From Bdellovibrionales bacterium (GTDB lineage Bacteria; Bdellovibrionota; Bdellovibrionia; Bdellovibrionales; UBA1609): 64,000 nt of DNA. Under the pieces are notes generated by a model. It saw nothing but the letters and a program-made list of their open reading frames with translations, was not told the origin of the DNA and ran no database searches. The first letter of the stretch is position 1. The number at the start of each line of letters is the position of its first letter. Positions 19,225-28,457 of the stretch are shown here, one piece after another. The DNA is taken from positions 136,209 to 200,208 of the forward strand of contig DAHVQG010000005.1 of NCBI GenBank assembly GCA_027317865.1, in the 5' to 3' direction. Both the position numbers and the translations under genes were made by a program.

Positions 19225-19896
19225 ATGCGATTTTCAAGCGAGATCAAGAATCCAACTTATTATGTTCAGGCGCTGCACGGTGAATATTCCCAGTGGGCCT
19301 ATGCCGAGCAAAAAGCGGCCAACATGAAGGGCCACTGGCGCGAATCGGCTTTTGGCGATACGGCAGAAATACCGATTGATCTTGAGATTGGCACGGGCAA
19401 TGGTTTTTTTTTCGCCCATCGCGCGGCCCAGTTTCGTAATCGCCGTCTTGTCGGGATTGAAATTAAGTTTAAACCGCTCATTCAATCTATTCGTCGCGCA
19501 CTTGCTAACAATTGCCAAAACGCTCGCGTCGTGCGTTATCATGCCGCTCGTATTGATGAACTATTCGCTCAAAGCGAGATTAACGATATTTTTGTTCATC
19601 ATCCGGACCCATGGGAACACCCTCGTAAGCACAAACGGCGACTTCTCAATCATGATTATTTAAATAAATTATTTAATCTGCAGCTAACGGGCTCGGTTCT
19701 TGAATTTAAAACAGATAGCAAAGATTATTTTGTGTGGGCAAAAAAAGAGATTGAAATGACCCCATATCGACTCGAACGGTATACCGAGGATTTGCACGGC
19801 TCGGAATGGGCCAGCGAAAATTTCGTGACCCACTTTGAAAGCATATTCATCAAAAAGGGACTACCTATTTATTATATGCGGTTAATGCGCCCGTAG
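19225..19896 (+). CDS. trmB: tRNA (guanine-N7)-methyltransferase
   Basis: LEIGTGNG, GIEI, PDPW..RKHKRRL, FKTD, THFE. Confidence 0.92.
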   Translation: MRFSSEIKNPTYYVQALHGEYSQWAYAEQKAANMKGHWRESAFGDTAEIPIDLEIGTGNGFFFAHRAAQFRNRRLVGIEIKFKPLIQSIRRALANNCQNARVVRYHAARIDELFAQSEINDIFVHHPDPWEHPRKHKRRLLNHDYLNKLFNLQLTGSVLEFKTDSKDYFVWAKKEIEMTPYRLERYTEDLHGSEWASENFVTHFESIFIKKGLPIYYMRLMRP

Positions 19897-19900
19897 GTTT

Positions 19901-21364
19901 TCAGTCCACCCTCGTGCACATATTGTCATCGTGAATAGCTTGTGAGAATGGCCGCGTTGAGGGCGTATGGTTATCATAGCAATCCTCCCACCAATTCGGC
20001 ATGACGCGAACGCAGTTATTGCCGTAAGCGGTGTTGTCCCCAAAAGTGTCGTCCGTTACGGTTTCAGAAAACCGCCGTTCTAGCCGGACGGTTTGAAGGA
20101 TGTTGTTTACGGCAAGACTTAGCGTTGGTTTTGAAATTTGATAAATAGGTATCACCTTGGCGTCATATTGCACAGAATACATAACGGGTACCCGCCACTG
20201 GTCACAAACAAAGTCGTGTGGAACGTTACTGATGCTCACATCAACGCTTTGACCTGGCGCCAGGGCAAAGGTCATCGCGCCGTTAACGACGGTTGAAGGC
20301 CCGTGGATTGAAATTTCCGTTGGGATTTTAACTTTTGCCCAAGTGTAGCTCCCATCTTTAAAAAGATGATTTTCAAATTGAAGTGTCGCGCGCGAAAGTG
20401 GCGGGATTGCAAAATAGAGTGTTTTATCCCCATGATTTTTCACCACGTAGTTGCGCCAAGTGTAGTCAAAAATGTTGTGGCTACTCATCATATTTGGGTA
20501 ATTTGTCGCAACCGGATCGACCGAAAATTGGGGTTCAACCATGGTCATTAAAATCAGATTCGAAGCTGCTGCAACACGTGAGGCACGGTTATAAACGATA
20601 AGCCGGCAGTACTGTTGAGACGCATATTTTCTTGCTGCGACTACAGGATCAACTCCCCCACGAGGAGTAAATTGCAATCCGAACAAGGGGCTGCCGTAAA
20701 GGTCTTTTTGAATCATGGCCTCGTCGACTTCGCATACAAGAGCCGATTTGGCTGAATCTACCCCTTGAATTTGAACCCGGAAATTTGCGAGATGATTGTA
20801 ATCGAGTCGAAGAAATCCGTCGTTGTCAGACAGCGCATGACTGACGTCAAAAATCCGTATCTGTGTGTCGTGTGAGTCTTCAGTGGTCAAATGAACCTTA
20901 GGGAACGAAAAGCTGTGGGTCGAACCGTTCGCCGCACTGATCGTAAAGCGCATTGAGCAGTTCAGTTCCGTTGCGCCACCCCAAACATCATTGAGTAGCG
21001 TTTTAGCCGAGAAAAATTGTACAACCTTGTATTCGGCTGAATATGGCAGAGTCACTGTATCTGTACCAATGGGCTGATTGAGAACTGAACACGCGCTTTG
21101 TACTTGCAGTGTCGTAAGGCCGCGGCCGTTATCGTAAACTGGCGTCAGTCTCATTTTGTCGTTTGTGTTGAGCTTAATGGCTTTATTTGATTCCGCTGTA
21201 TTGAGGGCGACCCGTTTGCCATTTCGGCGAAGAACAATAGGTTCGTGAACCAGCATGCCGGTTGGCCCCCAAGATTTGTTTGAATTAGTGTCCGAACTGC
21301 AAGAAATAAGTCCAACAGTTAAGACAAAGGTGCAGACGAGTAACATTTTTTGCTTAGTATTCAT
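19901..21364 (-). CDS. Hypothetical lipoprotein, beta-rich, Cys-containing
   Basis: MNTKQKMLLVCTFVLTVGLISC lipoprotein signal; AAGGGAGG RBS before ATG 21364. Confidence 0.75.
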   Translation of the reverse strand: MNTKQKMLLVCTFVLTVGLISCSSDTNSNKSWGPTGMLVHEPIVLRRNGKRVALNTAESNKAIKLNTNDKMRLTPVYDNGRGLTTLQVQSACSVLNQPIGTDTVTLPYSAEYKVVQFFSAKTLLNDVWGGATELNCSMRFTISAANGSTHSFSFPKVHLTTEDSHDTQIRIFDVSHALSDNDGFLRLDYNHLANFRVQIQGVDSAKSALVCEVDEAMIQKDLYGSPLFGLQFTPRGGVDPVVAARKYASQQYCRLIVYNRASRVAAASNLILMTMVEPQFSVDPVATNYPNMMSSHNIFDYTWRNYVVKNHGDKTLYFAIPPLSRATLQFENHLFKDGSYTWAKVKIPTEISIHGPSTVVNGAMTFALAPGQSVDVSISNVPHDFVCDQWRVPVMYSVQYDAKVIPIYQISKPTLSLAVNNILQTVRLERRFSETVTDDTFGDNTAYGNNCVRVMPNWWEDCYDNHTPSTRPFSQAIHDDNMCTRVD

Positions 21365-21392
21365 TGCGAAACCTCCCTTTGGGAGGGGCGTT

Positions 21393-21410
21393 ACGCAACT
21401 AACGTGCCAA
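21393..21410 (-). promoter_or_regulatory. Sigma-54 (-24/-12) promoter
   Basis: Minus strand reads TTGGCACGTTAGTTGCGT, matching TGGCACG-N4-TTGC with exact GG-N10-GC spacing, about 30 nt upstream of the ATG. Confidence 0.8.
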
Positions 21411-21437
21411 TTGGTTCGCAGGGTGCATGAACGCGCG

Positions 21438-21725
21438 TTACCAATAGGTGGTATCGATAACAATGTCGTTTAAAACACAGGTTTGGCAACTGATTCGAAA
21501 TTCGCGGCTGACATTTTGGCGCAATTTTAGGTCATGCTCCAGCGTGCTTTCAGGGCTCAAATTTTCGGCGCCGGCGAGAATTCTCACGCGGCATTTCGAA
21601 CACACCCCTTCGCCGTGACAAGAACTTGCGACAGGCAAACCGTGAGCCAGTAAGGCACGCATGAGATTGGCTCCCCGTTCAACGGTGATGGGTGGAATGG
21701 GCTTTACAAAATTAATTTGTGGCAC
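21438..21725 (-). CDS. 2Fe-2S ferredoxin
   Basis: C-x5-C-x2-C (CHGEGVCSKC) plus RISCQ. Confidence 0.9.
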   Translation of the reverse strand: MPQINFVKPIPPITVERGANLMRALLAHGLPVASSCHGEGVCSKCRVRILAGAENLSPESTLEHDLKLRQNVSREFRISCQTCVLNDIVIDTTYW

Positions 21726-21768
21726 GGCTATACTTTACTAAATGGAGCGGGCCAAATATATAGGTCTT

Positions 21769-22422
21769 ATGAAAAATGTCCTGGTTTTTGGCGCAAGCCG
21801 CGGCCTTGGTTGCGCGCTCACACAAGAGATTTACAAGCAATTTCCGGAGTGTCGGTTTTTGCTGATCGCGCGTACTACAAACGACGTAATTCCCGAACAT
21901 GTCGGTAGATGGGCTCAAATGGATCTCTCGCGGCCATCTTCTCAGGCGAGCGCATGTGAAGAGATGATTGTATTTCAGCCGAGCCACGTCATTTATGCCG
22001 CCGGTGGTGGCCCTTACGGGTTGTTCGAAGCCAAAGCGATCGATTCGCATCTTTGGGCCACAGAAGTCAATTATCTAGCTGTTTTGCGAATATTACATTT
22101 TGCTCTCCAGGCCCGCAAAAAGATGCCGGGGCTTAAACAATTTGCGGTTGTCGGTTCAGCCGTGGCAGGTAAAGCTCCCGATCCAATGGCCTCGAGTTAT
22201 GCAGCCGCTAAACATGCTTTGCGCGGGTTAATCGGGTCTGTCGCTCTTGAAAAACCGTGGTTTGATGTGAAACTCTATGAACCTGGCTATATGGATACGG
22301 ATCTTTTGCCTAAAAACTCTTGGCCGCGCACGAAGGGGATTGTATCGAGTCCGAATGACGAAGCAAAAAAAATGCTTCATTTTTTGCAAGCAAAAACGAC
22401 ATGGGATGGAGGATTGGCATGA
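21769..22422 (+). CDS. Short-chain dehydrogenase/reductase
   Basis: GASRGLG, YAAAK, PGYMDT. Confidence 0.85.
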   Translation: MKNVLVFGASRGLGCALTQEIYKQFPECRFLLIARTTNDVIPEHVGRWAQMDLSRPSSQASACEEMIVFQPSHVIYAAGGGPYGLFEAKAIDSHLWATEVNYLAVLRILHFALQARKKMPGLKQFAVVGSAVAGKAPDPMASSYAAAKHALRGLIGSVALEKPWFDVKLYEPGYMDTDLLPKNSWPRTKGIVSSPNDEAKKMLHFLQAKTTWDGGLA

Positions 22423-23369
22423 GCGAGATTGAAAAAACCAGAAAAGTTGAAAATGTTATTATTGTTGGTTCAGGACCCGCCGGTTTAACTGCGGCGATCT
22501 ACTCAGCGCGCGCAAATCTGAGCCCGTTTATGATTGAAGGCGAAGAAGTCGGCGGTCAGTTGATGACGACAACCGAGGTGGAGAATTATCCGGGATTTAC
22601 AAAAGGCATTATGGGACCAGAGCTAATGACCATAATGAGAGAACAGGCCGCGCGTTTTGGCACGCGATTTTTATCGAAAAATGTAACCAAAGTTGATTTT
22701 TCTAATCGTCCATTCAAAATTTGGGTGGGTTCGGATCTTTTTGAATCACGAGCGGTGATAATTTCAACCGGCGCTTCGGCGAAGTATTTAGGATTAGCTA
22801 ACGAACGGCGTCTTTTGGGCCGCGGGGTTTCAGCCTGTGCGACTTGCGACGGTGCTTTTTTTCGAAACCAAAAAGTTGCGGTTGTCGGCGGCGGCGACAC
22901 GGCGATGGAAGAAGCCAATTTTTTAACTAAATTTGCGTCGAAAGTAGTTGTCATACATCGACGCGATCACTTTCGCGCCTCTAAAATTATGGCCGAGCGG
23001 GTTCTGAATAATCCAAAAATTGAAGTCATGTGGGATTCTGAAATTGCTGACGTAGTTGGCGATGATGGTGTAACCGGTGTCAAAGTTAAAAATCTGAAAA
23101 GTGGTGAACTTCGCGATGTTCCGCTTGAGGGAGTGTTTATCGCAATCGGGCACAAACCCAACACCGAAGTTTTTAAGGGACAAATTGCACTCGATGAAAC
23201 GGGCTACATTGTGACGGAGGGCAAGTCGACCTATACGTCTGTGCCCGGAGTTTTTGCGGCCGGTGATGTACAAGACCACGTTTATCGTCAGGCCGTCACT
23301 GCGGCGGGCACGGGTTGCATGGCGGCCATCGATGTCGAGCGGTGGCTTGAAAAATCGGCGCATGTTTAG
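22419..23369 (+). CDS. trxB: Thioredoxin-disulfide reductase
   Basis: GSGPAG, CATCDG, GGGDTAMEEA, HRRD, GDVQD..RQAVTAAG. Confidence 0.97.
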   Translation: MSEIEKTRKVENVIIVGSGPAGLTAAIYSARANLSPFMIEGEEVGGQLMTTTEVENYPGFTKGIMGPELMTIMREQAARFGTRFLSKNVTKVDFSNRPFKIWVGSDLFESRAVIISTGASAKYLGLANERRLLGRGVSACATCDGAFFRNQKVAVVGGGDTAMEEANFLTKFASKVVVIHRRDHFRASKIMAERVLNNPKIEVMWDSEIADVVGDDGVTGVKVKNLKSGELRDVPLEGVFIAIGHKPNTEVFKGQIALDETGYIVTEGKSTYTSVPGVFAAGDVQDHVYRQAVTAAGTGCMAAIDVERWLEKSAHV

Positions 23370-23481
23370 CCGAAATTCGAAAATACATTCTTAAAGATTT
23401 ATCGGGCGATACATTCTCAATCAGCACGAGCTTGACGACGGAAAACTCTTAATTGAAAATAGATATTCGACACAATGTCTG

Positions 23482-24579
23482 TTGGAGGGCACCACGATCA
23501 AAACGATCTTTGTTGTCGGCTTAGTGATTAGTTTAGCACTGACTTTTAGTGCTTGTTCCGTAAATAATGGACCATCTGGAGCATCTGAAGATGCCTCTAT
23601 TAGTGGCCTCGCAGCCGAGGCGGTTGGCGGCGCACTCAATTTTAGTTTGAGTAGCGGCACCTTTACAATGTCAGAAATGCGCTCTCAACAATCGCTTTTT
23701 TCTTGGCTCAATCTATTTTCAGGAATTGCCCACGCCAGTACCTCAACGTGTCCGACAATATCCGATTCTAGTAGCTCCGGCCCCAACACGTGTTCGTCGG
23801 CGAGTAACGTCGCGACTCTAGATTATTCCGACTGCAGCTTTGGAAATTCATCCGCCACGTGGAACGGCTTTACTCAACTATCTTTTTCTGGCGCGACGGC
23901 TCTGGCGTGCGGAACTTTCCCCTCGCCAACTAACGATACGTTACTGCGACAGGCCGTAGCATCGGCAGGTGGAGCGGCGGGGACACTAACTCGGACTTCA
24001 TCATCTGGAACGGTGTTGACTGTTGATGACACAATACACGGCATTGATGGGAATTATCAGGGCGACACTTTTAACGGGAGCGCACCGAGTAATTTTTCAT
24101 TCACGCCCTTTAATTCTGGTGGTGGTAAAGAGGTCGTGTTTAATGCCAGCGGCCAGCAAACCTCCGTGACAATAGCTGAACATTTGTCGGGGTCCTTGGA
24201 TGGTAATGCGCTCTTCGATCATACCATCGCGGGCACAGTTAATGTGAGCGAGTCGGGTTCGGGATCGTCGACAGTTTGGACGGCAACAGCGGGTACCGTT
24301 TCAAGTGGAACATGTTCTAATGGCGTAACGGGTTACGATAATGTGATGAAAATGATGGGACAAACATGCTTTGAAAATGTGACGTACAATGCGACTTGCT
24401 GCCAGCCTATTTCGGGCACAATAGTTACTACGTTTACCAACACAAGCAATAGCCCAAGTACCGCAATAGCGTGTATGAGCGGTCAAACCGAAACGCTGAC
24501 GATCACCGGTTGTGGTAAGGCAACTTATACGAGTTGCACAGGAGCAACGACATCAGTCAATTTGGATCAATGCTTTTAA
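23482..24579 (+). CDS. Ser/Thr/Gly/Cys-rich hypothetical lipoprotein
   Basis: Hydrophobic stretch with lipobox FSAC; mature part is S/T/G/N-rich with many Cys. Start ambiguous (TTG 23482 or ATC 23497). Confidence 0.75.
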   Translation: MEGTTIKTIFVVGLVISLALTFSACSVNNGPSGASEDASISGLAAEAVGGALNFSLSSGTFTMSEMRSQQSLFSWLNLFSGIAHASTSTCPTISDSSSSGPNTCSSASNVATLDYSDCSFGNSSATWNGFTQLSFSGATALACGTFPSPTNDTLLRQAVASAGGAAGTLTRTSSSGTVLTVDDTIHGIDGNYQGDTFNGSAPSNFSFTPFNSGGGKEVVFNASGQQTSVTIAEHLSGSLDGNALFDHTIAGTVNVSESGSGSSTVWTATAGTVSSGTCSNGVTGYDNVMKMMGQTCFENVTYNATCCQPISGTIVTTFTNTSNSPSTAIACMSGQTETLTITGCGKATYTSCTGATTSVNLDQCF

Positions 24580-24688
24580 TGCCGGCGCGTTCAAATTACA
24601 TCGCACCACGAGTTGAATTAGCGATCGACTTCGACCGCTACGTATAATAGGGTTTTGAGAGCAGGCGATACCGAGTGAAACCTTAAAT

Positions 24689-25189
24689 ATGAAGCGAATA
24701 GATTGCCGAGACTTAGTTTCAAAAATTGCGCAAATAATTGACGAACGCGTAAAAGCGGAGTCGGTTGTGCAGATCGGTGAGGTTCGGGCCATTCGTGACG
24801 CAAAAAGGACGCGCGAGCCGGCTCGGTTGTGGTTAATTGATGACGATGAATCGATTCGCCGGGCCCTCATTCGAATATTTGCCGACGATAATTACCAAAT
24901 TTTTTCAGCTGCAAATGCAAACGAAATCGACCAAGTTCTAGGCGGAGGCGCTCCGAATCTGATTCTTCTTGATATTGGTCTGCCGTGGATAAACGGATTT
25001 GAACTGGCCGAGTTAATGAAATCGCATCGAGATCTTGCGCAAGTACCGATAGTGTTTATTTCCGGCCAAAACTCAATGCCGATAATTAAAAAAGGGTTTC
25101 AAGTCGGGGCTCACGATTTTATTACAAAGCCGTTCGATATCGAAGCACTCAAAAAAACCGTGAAAACCCTTTTGGCTTTAAACTCTTAA
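24689..25189 (+). CDS. Receiver-domain protein with short N-terminal extension
   Basis: LIDDD, LLDIGLP, FISG and TKPF motifs; no output domain. Confidence 0.85.
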   Translation: MKRIDCRDLVSKIAQIIDERVKAESVVQIGEVRAIRDAKRTREPARLWLIDDDESIRRALIRIFADDNYQIFSAANANEIDQVLGGGAPNLILLDIGLPWINGFELAELMKSHRDLAQVPIVFISGQNSMPIIKKGFQVGAHDFITKPFDIEALKKTVKTLLALNS

Positions 25190-26892
25190 AGAGTCAGCGG
25201 TATGCCCTTCGGGATCGCGCTCAAAAGCTTTTTAGTATATTCGTGTTGCGGGTTTTTATAGATCGATACCGCATCGGATCTTTCGACAATTTCACCATTA
25301 TACATAACAGCCACTTCGTCAGCGATGTAATTCACGACGGCCAAATCGTGCGAAATAAAAACATAAGACAAATTGAATTCGTCCTGCAAATCGAGAAGTA
25401 AATTGAGAATTTGTGCTTGCACTGACACATCCAGCGCTGATACGGACTCATCGCAAACAATAAATTCGGGTTCTACGGCGAGCGCTCGCGCAATGCAAAT
25501 ACGCTGGCGTTGCCCGCCTGAAAACTCATGCGGATACCGATTCAGCATCGAAGCGTCAAGGCCCACGCGAGTGAGCAGTTGCGCCGTTCGCTCGACTCGT
25601 CGTTTGCGGTCTGTTTCGAGCTTATGAATAATCATGGGCTCCATAATAGCTGCGCCGATGGTCATCCTTGGGTTAAGAGACGCATACGGGTCTTGAAATA
25701 CAATTTGCATTTTACGCCGGAGCTGTCGCATTTCTTTCGGAGACAATTTACCGATATCTTGACCCTTATACCGAATGTCACCTTCTGTCGTTTCGATAAG
25801 TCGCACGATCGCTCGTCCAAGAGTGGTTTTTCCACAACCCGATTCACCGACGAGGCCAAGAGTGCGGCCCTTTCTTACTTCTAACGTCACTCCGTTTACG
25901 GCTTTTACAAAGGATTTCGGTTTGCCGAACAGAGTTTTCTCAAGCGTAAAATATTTTTTGACGTTTCGAATTTCAAGTATGACAGGATTTTCTGCTGTAA
26001 TCGGACGTTGCACCTTCGGTGTTTTGAGAATTGATAGGTCGAACTTTTTTTCTTGGCCGTCTTCGGTCATAAAGTCAGTGATTGTGGGTAACCGGCGCGG
26101 ATTTTTATCAAGCGTCGGACGGCAGGCCATAAGACCTTTGGTATAGGGATGTTTGGCGTTTTCAAAAATCTCAGATTTCGGACCTTGTTCAACAATTTGG
26201 CCCTTATACATGACGACGACCTGGTCCGCGATGTCACCAACGACGCCCAAATCGTGGGTGATGAAAAGAACGCTCATCCCGTATTTTTTCTGTAGCGACG
26301 AGATAAGTTCAAGAATTTGCTTTTGGATCGTCACATCGAGCGCTGTTGTCGGCTCGTCGGCAATCAAAAGCTCGGGTTCGCACGAAATGGCCATCGCGAT
26401 CATTACACGTTGTCGCTGCCCACCGCTGAGTTCATGAGGATAGGAATTAATACGCGATGCCGGATTGGGGATTCCAACTTGATCCAACAGTTCAACCGTG
26501 CGCGCGAGTGCTGCGGATTTGCTCATCCCTTTGTGGAGCATGAGGGCTTCAGCTACCTGATCGCCGATTGTAAAAACCGGGTTAAGACTCGTCATCGGCT
26601 CTTGAAAAATCATCGAAATTTTATTGCCGCGAATGGTACGAATTTCACGTTCTTTGAGTTCGAGAAGATTTTGTTCTTTATAAAATATGCGGCCGCCTTT
26701 TATTTCACCCGGAGGCGAAGCGATCAGCCGCATTATTGAAAGCGAGGTCACGCTTTTACCCGATCCGGATTCACCGACGAGGCCGACAGTTTTACCTTTT
26801 GGGATTGAAAAAGAAATCCCTTTGACGGCGTGGATAACGCCTTCATCAGTTTTAAAATCGATTACAAGATCTTCGACTCGAATAAGATCCAT
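25186..26892 (-). CDS. Peptide ABC transporter ATP-binding protein with two fused ATPase domains (OppD-OppF/YejF-like)
   Basis: Two Walker A motifs ([16 protein letters not shown]), two SGGQRQR signatures, DEPT/DESV, HPYT. Confidence 0.95.
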   Translation of the reverse strand: MDLIRVEDLVIDFKTDEGVIHAVKGISFSIPKGKTVGLVGESGSGKSVTSLSIMRLIASPPGEIKGGRIFYKEQNLLELKEREIRTIRGNKISMIFQEPMTSLNPVFTIGDQVAEALMLHKGMSKSAALARTVELLDQVGIPNPASRINSYPHELSGGQRQRVMIAMAISCEPELLIADEPTTALDVTIQKQILELISSLQKKYGMSVLFITHDLGVVGDIADQVVVMYKGQIVEQGPKSEIFENAKHPYTKGLMACRPTLDKNPRRLPTITDFMTEDGQEKKFDLSILKTPKVQRPITAENPVILEIRNVKKYFTLEKTLFGKPKSFVKAVNGVTLEVRKGRTLGLVGESGCGKTTLGRAIVRLIETTEGDIRYKGQDIGKLSPKEMRQLRRKMQIVFQDPYASLNPRMTIGAAIMEPMIIHKLETDRKRRVERTAQLLTRVGLDASMLNRYPHEFSGGQRQRICIARALAVEPEFIVCDESVSALDVSVQAQILNLLLDLQDEFNLSYVFISHDLAVVNYIADEVAVMYNGEIVERSDAVSIYKNPQHEYTKKLLSAIPKGIPLTL

Positions 26893-26963
26893 TGCCCCAC
26901 CTCGTGATCAAACATCCACCGAGTATGGGGTTTAAGTCAACTCCCGCGCGACGAAAACGCAAC

Positions 26964-27620
26964 TTAAGCAAGCATTTGAATCAGTTGCGATAAATCACTG
27001 TACGATTTAAGCCGTGCGTGGGCGCCGGCGCTGATTAGATCAACAACAGGGGTGTACCCGAATTCGATGGCAATGGACCGGACGCCCGCGTTTTGGGCGG
27101 CTATAATATCGGGCAACCCATCGCCGATCATTAACGTTTGTTCAGGCATCGCGTGAGCCTCGCGCATAGCCGCGTAAAGCGGAATCGCCGACGGTTTTGG
27201 TTGTTCGTGGGTGTTGCCGCCGCAAATATGCCTCCATGAGAATTGGGCCAGCGGCGAGCGGGAGATAAGTTCGTAAATGTAATCATCATGCTTATTGCTC
27301 ACAATCGCAATTTCATTTGGCCACCCTCGTAAGAATTCGACAACGCCCGGAAACGGTTCGGTTTCTTCGAGAAACGTTGATTTATAGTGCCGGCGAAAGT
27401 CTTCCAGAAGCTTGTCGCGTGATCCTAAACGATTTTGGGTGGCATCATCCAGTTGAGCAATAAGTGAACTGAGCCCTAGACCAATAAATGTTCGAATTAG
27501 CTCGTCGGGGAGCGGCTTTTCACCGCGTTCGCGCATGAGCCGATGCATGGCGCGTGCAATGCCTGGAGCGGTATCAAATAGCGTTCCATCAAGGTCGAAT
27601 ATGAGTAGTTTAAACATCAT
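26964..27620 (-). CDS. HAD family hydrolase (phosphoglycolate phosphatase-like)
   Basis: FDLDGTL, SNK, KPS, IGDG..D. Confidence 0.88.
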   Translation of the reverse strand: MMFKLLIFDLDGTLFDTAPGIARAMHRLMRERGEKPLPDELIRTFIGLGLSSLIAQLDDATQNRLGSRDKLLEDFRRHYKSTFLEETEPFPGVVEFLRGWPNEIAIVSNKHDDYIYELISRSPLAQFSWRHICGGNTHEQPKPSAIPLYAAMREAHAMPEQTLMIGDGLPDIIAAQNAGVRSIAIEFGYTPVVDLISAGAHARLKSYSDLSQLIQMLA

Positions 27621-27622
27621 GC

Positions 27623-28432
27623 CTAAACCGGCGTGGCTCGAGCTCGCAAAAAACTCTCGACAAACATTTTGTAAGGATCTGCGTCATCTTTCATTCCCGT
27701 TAAGTGGCGCGAATGAGGCAACATTGACTTTTGTAAATCAATTTGACCAAAACCCGCGGCGAATAACTCATCGATCATATCCGGTTGAACAAGCGTATCG
27801 GCTGTCGCCTGAAGGCTGAGAACCGGAAAACCTTTTGGCAAGGATTTAAGCGCGCAATCGGCGTCTTCATCATAATGGGCGCGGCCAAAAATTCCCGCTG
27901 CAAATATTGCGACTGAGCGGCGAAAAGCCGGCAGACGAAACATCGGATTTTGCGAGATTAAATCATGACCCAAGATGGGGACAGTAAAGAGTCCTTCATT
28001 CACGAAATGTTCAATCGCTCTTTGCATGTGTTTAAATGGACCACCGTCACAAATCCATCCTTTAATGTCGATGGCGTGCCGGCGATAAATCGCCATAAGT
28101 GCGGCAATCGACCCGTAAGAAAAGCTGAAAATAAATTTTTCGTCGGCTATCGAGCCCAAAACATCTTCGATTTTGTCAGCCCACAAATGGCGGAGTCCAA
28201 ATCGCCATTCGCGACTGAGCGGAAAACGCGGCAGCTCCGTCACGTTGCTGGCCGGCAGATCAAAAGTTATAGCGTCAAACCCGAGCTCATTTACAAATTC
28301 TATGTGCCTGTGAAAGGTGTGGCGATTTCCGCCATAGTTGTGCACAAAAACGATCACCTCGCGAAATCGCCGTTTGTCCCGCGCCGGGTGACGTTCAAAA
28401 AGCGCTTCGGTTCGCACGATTGCGGAGGTCAT
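27623..28432 (-). CDS. Alpha/beta hydrolase fold protein
   Basis: FVHNYGG, SFSYG nucleophile elbow, D..V and a late His. Start trimmed to 28432. Confidence 0.65.
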   Translation of the reverse strand: MTSAIVRTEALFERHPARDKRRFREVIVFVHNYGGNRHTFHRHIEFVNELGFDAITFDLPASNVTELPRFPLSREWRFGLRHLWADKIEDVLGSIADEKFIFSFSYGSIAALMAIYRRHAIDIKGWICDGGPFKHMQRAIEHFVNEGLFTVPILGHDLISQNPMFRLPAFRRSVAIFAAGIFGRAHYDEDADCALKSLPKGFPVLSLQATADTLVQPDMIDELFAAGFGQIDLQKSMLPHSRHLTGMKDDADPYKMFVESFLRARATPV

Positions 28433-28457
28433 TTTGTTCTTTCTAGAGCGATCAGTT

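Noticed and set aside
23383-23417. Direct repeat ATACATTCT x2 upstream of the Cys-rich lipoprotein
   Set aside because: Only 9 bp in an AT-rich gap; not distinguishable from chance without comparative data.
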